From positions 1,984,001-2,048,000 of the forward strand of contig OZ223236.1 in NCBI GenBank assembly GCA_965140445.1: DNA of 64,000 nucleotides, given 5' to 3'. Positions 60,589 through 64,000 of the stretch are shown piece by piece. The DNA is from Candidatus Ozemobacteraceae bacterium. Its GTDB lineage: Bacteria > Muiribacteriota > Ozemobacteria > Ozemobacterales > Ozemobacteraceae. Position numbers and translations under genes: made by a program. Numbering within the stretch: the stretch's first letter is position 1; each line of letters opens with the position of its first letter. Under the pieces are notes generated by a model. That model did no database searches, was not told the origin of the DNA, and was given only the letters and a program-made list of their open reading frames with translations.

Positions 60589-62280
60589 TTAGTTGGTTTT
60601 TACTGGAAGATGACTCTTTTTTATCTGTTGGAACATCTTATGGAGTTTTTCAAGTTTGTCTGAACGGCGAGGAACAGGAATGGTCTTGAATTTTTTATTT
60701 CCGGAAAGATCTGTTTCGTCTCTCATAATCTTTGGGGTTAAAAGAATAACAAGTTCATTTTCTCTTTTGCTTGAAGATTTAGATTTGAAAAGTCTTCCGA
60801 GATAAGGAATTTTACTCAGGAGAGGAACGCTTTTCCAGGAAACTTCATTTGTTCTGTTTATCAAACCACCAAGAACAATTGTTTCCTGATCTTTAACCTG
60901 AACTGTAGTCATAAGACTTCTCTTGAGAATATCTGGAGGAGCGTCCGCACCTCTGGTAAAACTTGGTTCGTCCTGCTTGGCAAAGACTGTGAATTTTAAC
61001 TCATCGCCATTCACATACATGTCTCTTACCATTAATTTTAGTGACGCTTCGGCCTTTTCATAGGTGATGTTGCCGTTGTTGTCTACCTGAGCTGGATAGT
61101 AAATGTCCTGGCCAACATTTACAAATGCAAGGCCGGAATCCTTTTCGATATTCTGTTCATCTTCTGTTTCAACCTTTTCATCAGCCCAGCCAGCTTTGGC
61201 AAGTTTTATTGATGAAGCGTTTGCATAAACAGTAAGTTTTGGGTTTGCCAGAACTTTTGCTTTGCTCTTTGTTACCCAGGCTTTTACCTGTGCTGCAATA
61301 AGGTCGAATCTGTTTATGTTGTTTGAATACAGTGGGTTAATGCTGTTTGGCACAGGTGCGCCAATTGATTGTTCTGCTCCCCTAAAATCGTTAGCAGAAT
61401 TTTCAAAATAGTTAAGGACACCTGTAATAATAGAATTATCCGGTCCTTTTTTACCCCATTCAATTCCAAGGTCCTCAGTATTATTTTTGGTAACCTGAAG
61501 AACATAGGCCTGAAATACAACTTGAGTTGGGTTTTCTATTGTAACCAGATTGCTTATGTTTGTTGGCTCATCTACAAAGCCATAAACTGTTTCCGTAAGA
61601 TGGATATAATCGTTCTGATTTTTCACAGTTCCTTCGAGAACAACTCTAAGTTTAACGGTGGTAGAAGCAGCAGCATTATTGCCAGATGGCTTATCCATAT
61701 CCATGTTGGGGGAAATAACGCTTACTTTTACAGTAGGAAGTTTTATTGCCTGCTCAATGCGCTGCTGAAGAGAAGGTACTGATGTTTCCTGTTCAATCAG
61801 GTTTACAATCTTTTTATCTTTGATTAAGCTGGAGGCAATCTGTTCTGCTTTGAGTTTGTCACTTTCATTGCTTACTTGACCTTTGAGATAAACCGAATCT
61901 GGAAAAATAACCATTGTTACACCTGGATTTCCAAGAATCGATGTGAATTTTGATTGAATAATTTCTGTTTCAGAGTAGGTTTCAACATCATAAACTCTTC
62001 GACCAGAACGATCCCAGAGAATAAGTTGAGTAATGCCTGCTTCCGCACCAATTCCAGAAAGAATAATTTCTGAATCTGATACGTTAAGAACCTCTACAAT
62101 TCCTTCTTTTACTGCAAGGATTTTTTTAACACCGTTAGCAGGAATTGCAACAGATTTTCCAATCGGAATCATCAGCTTCTCAGCTGCGTTGGTTTGCTCT
62201 TTAAAGGCCAATGTGGCAAAAAGAACCAGCAGAACCATCATGAAAATGCCTGGTTTTAAATATTTTTTAACTGAATTCAT
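60589..62280 (-). CDS. cpaC: Tad secretin CpaC/RcpA
   Basis: Signal peptide, BON-like region, AKVLANPKL, IVLGGLI, VPLLSKIPYLGRLFKS, ELVILLTP. Confidence 0.9.
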   Translation of the reverse strand: MNSVKKYLKPGIFMMVLLVLFATLAFKEQTNAAEKLMIPIGKSVAIPANGVKKILAVKEGIVEVLNVSDSEIILSGIGAEAGITQLILWDRSGRRVYDVETYSETEIIQSKFTSILGNPGVTMVIFPDSVYLKGQVSNESDKLKAEQIASSLIKDKKIVNLIEQETSVPSLQQRIEQAIKLPTVKVSVISPNMDMDKPSGNNAAASTTVKLRVVLEGTVKNQNDYIHLTETVYGFVDEPTNISNLVTIENPTQVVFQAYVLQVTKNNTEDLGIEWGKKGPDNSIITGVLNYFENSANDFRGAEQSIGAPVPNSINPLYSNNINRFDLIAAQVKAWVTKSKAKVLANPKLTVYANASSIKLAKAGWADEKVETEDEQNIEKDSGLAFVNVGQDIYYPAQVDNNGNITYEKAEASLKLMVRDMYVNGDELKFTVFAKQDEPSFTRGADAPPDILKRSLMTTVQVKDQETIVLGGLINRTNEVSWKSVPLLSKIPYLGRLFKSKSSSKRENELVILLTPKIMRDETDLSGNKKFKTIPVPRRSDKLEKLHKMFQQIKKSHLPVKTN

Positions 62281-62293
62281 ATTGATTCTACTC

Positions 62294-63310
62294 CTATTCA
62301 CGTGACTCACCAGATGCCGATCCTATTGTACCTACAGAACCTGCAGAACTGATAGAAGGAGGAGAATACAATTCTGTTTTTTCTGGAATCTGTCGGAATC
62401 TCATTGCAGCTGGTCCGCCATATTTATAGATTTCACGTCTTCTTGAAGCACCGTAAAGAACTTCAACTCTTCCGTCATCAATTGGTTCCTCAATTACAGT
62501 AGTAGCAGGAGAAGTTTTTGAAACTTCAGCTGTTTTTGTAACATAACTTGGATGACCAATATCACTTAATACAGTTCTTTCTGTTGCGCCTTTTGTGTGA
62601 GACTTATGATCTTTATCTTTAGGATTTTTCAAAACAAGCTTAAAAGTTGCTCCAGAATCAAGATAAATTAGTTTTTCAAGTTCATTTGGATTAACAGCCA
62701 GGGTAACAAGTTCCATTTTTGCAGCTGAGATGGCCGGGGAGGAGGTTGCAACAGAGCCATCAAATTCATAAGTATTACCAACCGCAAGCACTTGTATGTC
62801 CTGAAGAACAATTTTGGTGATTGCTTCACTGTTACGAGGCCTGAACGTTGCAATTACATCAACGTAGTCGCCCTGCTGAATAAATCCTCCAACAGAGGTT
62901 ACTTTTGAAACTGAAATGGAAACCGCTCTTTTTCCTGGCGGAATCGCTCTGGCCAGATTTGGGACAACATCTTCGGTTAACAACCTTATTGGGGTCATAA
63001 TGTCGTCAGGCAAAATGGTAACAGATGTATATCTATTAGTAAGAGAGGCGACGTCTGTGTACGCCAATTCTGGCACAGCGGAGGCAACAATTTCTCGAAT
63101 CTCAAACGCGTCTTTAATGATATCCGGTTCAAGACGAGTTCTGGCTGCAAGCCTCTTTTTTGAGACAACAACAGCTTTTTTCAAAATCGTTGGTTGCTGT
63201 ACAGTTGGGGCCTCTATTTTAGCAGGTCCACTAGTCTGTAGTTTGTTCCACAATAGCATAGAGATAGCCAAACTAGCCATCAATGCCACGAAAATGGCTT
63301 TTCTGTTCAC
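62294..63310 (-). CDS. cpaB: Flp pilus assembly protein CpaB/RcpC
   Basis: IPPGKRAVSI, VGGFIQQGDYVDV, LQDIQVLAV, VTLAV. Confidence 0.92.
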   Translation of the reverse strand: MNRKAIFVALMASLAISMLLWNKLQTSGPAKIEAPTVQQPTILKKAVVVSKKRLAARTRLEPDIIKDAFEIREIVASAVPELAYTDVASLTNRYTSVTILPDDIMTPIRLLTEDVVPNLARAIPPGKRAVSISVSKVTSVGGFIQQGDYVDVIATFRPRNSEAITKIVLQDIQVLAVGNTYEFDGSVATSSPAISAAKMELVTLAVNPNELEKLIYLDSGATFKLVLKNPKDKDHKSHTKGATERTVLSDIGHPSYVTKTAEVSKTSPATTVIEEPIDDGRVEVLYGASRRREIYKYGGPAAMRFRQIPEKTELYSPPSISSAGSVGTIGSASGESRE

Positions 63311-63346
63311 GGGTGAGGATCCTCCTCCACACTGATTTAATTAGGG

Positions 63347-63376
63347 AATATAGCACAAGTTAAATAACATTGGCAA
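63347..63376 (-). promoter_or_regulatory. sigma70 promoter of the cpaB operon
   Basis: TTGCCA-18-TATATT with TG extension. Confidence 0.55.
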
Positions 63377-63432
63377 GATTGTCTAGAAATTCGGCACAGA
63401 GTCAGGAATTGTTAATGAAAAAAAGTGTACAT

Positions 63433-63972
63433 TTAAAATCTTATTTTTATTTCAAAGAAATATGTGATTATTGCCGCAGCTAGAATGTCCATTCCAAGGT
63501 AGAATTTGTATTTTTTTGAAGCATTTTCATTTTCTTTTTTTATTGTTTTGTCAAGAAACGCTTTAGTAGAAAAACTTGTTAAAAGCATATAAAAAGCGTT
63601 TGGGCCGTAGTTCAAAATTTGAATTATTGTTCCATGAAACAAACCAATAATTGATGTAAATAGAAATGTGTTTATTACAAAGCTTGTACCGCAAAGGGAA
63701 CCAACGGCACCCATAAGCTTTACATCACCCATGCCAATGGCGCCAATTAAAGCAAAGCCAATATAGCAGGCTATTCCAATTATGGTTCCTGCGAAGCTAT
63801 AACCAAAACCTTGTAAGCCAAAGTAATAAAAATTTAAGATCCATCCAAGAAAAATTAATGGGAAGGTGAGCCAATTGTAAATTTTGCCCCAACAGGTATC
63901 TGTTATCATTGCCAGGGCACAACCACTAATGGCGATTATTTTCAGAAGAATTACTGGTTCAGGAATAGTCAT
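63433..63972 (-). CDS. cpaA: A24 prepilin peptidase CpaA/TadV
   Basis: TDTCWGKIYNWLT and IGMGDVKLM catalytic Asp motifs; no methyltransferase domain. Confidence 0.9.
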   Translation of the reverse strand: MTIPEPVILLKIIAISGCALAMITDTCWGKIYNWLTFPLIFLGWILNFYYFGLQGFGYSFAGTIIGIACYIGFALIGAIGMGDVKLMGAVGSLCGTSFVINTFLFTSIIGLFHGTIIQILNYGPNAFYMLLTSFSTKAFLDKTIKKENENASKKYKFYLGMDILAAAIITYFFEIKIRF

Positions 63973-64000
63973 CTAGGTTAAGAATACTATAAAAAAAAAG

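Noticed and set aside
1..64000. Mobile elements, prophage, defence systems, tRNA/rRNA
   Set aside because: No transposase, integrase, phage or Cas motifs, and no tRNA- or rRNA-like sequence recognised in the short intergenic regions

Overview
AT-rich (roughly 38% GC by eye) bacterial chromosomal window with no mobile element, CRISPR array, rRNA or tRNA that I can support. It mixes housekeeping genes (rel, rex, fmt, def, priA, rpoZ, remA, yicC, tatD, tcdA, rsmA, murJ, rlmD-like, rpsO, pnp, dapF, ridA) with much surface machinery: a Tad/Flp pilus locus with a secretin (major pilin not in the window), two separate clusters of minor-pilin-like genes, a 1992-aa repetitive lipoprotein and a secreted oomycete-GP42-like transglutaminase homolog. 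Firmicutes-like gene order together with an outer-membrane secretin suggests a deep-branching diderm such as Ca. Riflebacteria (inference only). Most notable: (1) a TadG-like pilus protein with a ~500-aa glutamine-amidotransferase-like domain inserted, transcribed with two tadE genes from a sigma-54-type promoter with candidate enhancer repeats; (2) a rel gene whose conserved N-terminus has no ATG/GTG/TTG and would need an ATA/ATT start; (3) a bacterial presenilin/SPP-like membrane protease candidate; (4) the transglutaminase-elicitor homolog with a Pep-13-like motif; (5) a degenerate coaBC plus clean loss of gmk; (6) a small exported Cys/His/Asp-rich peptide behind a strong promoter. All family assignments are from recalled motifs, not database searches.
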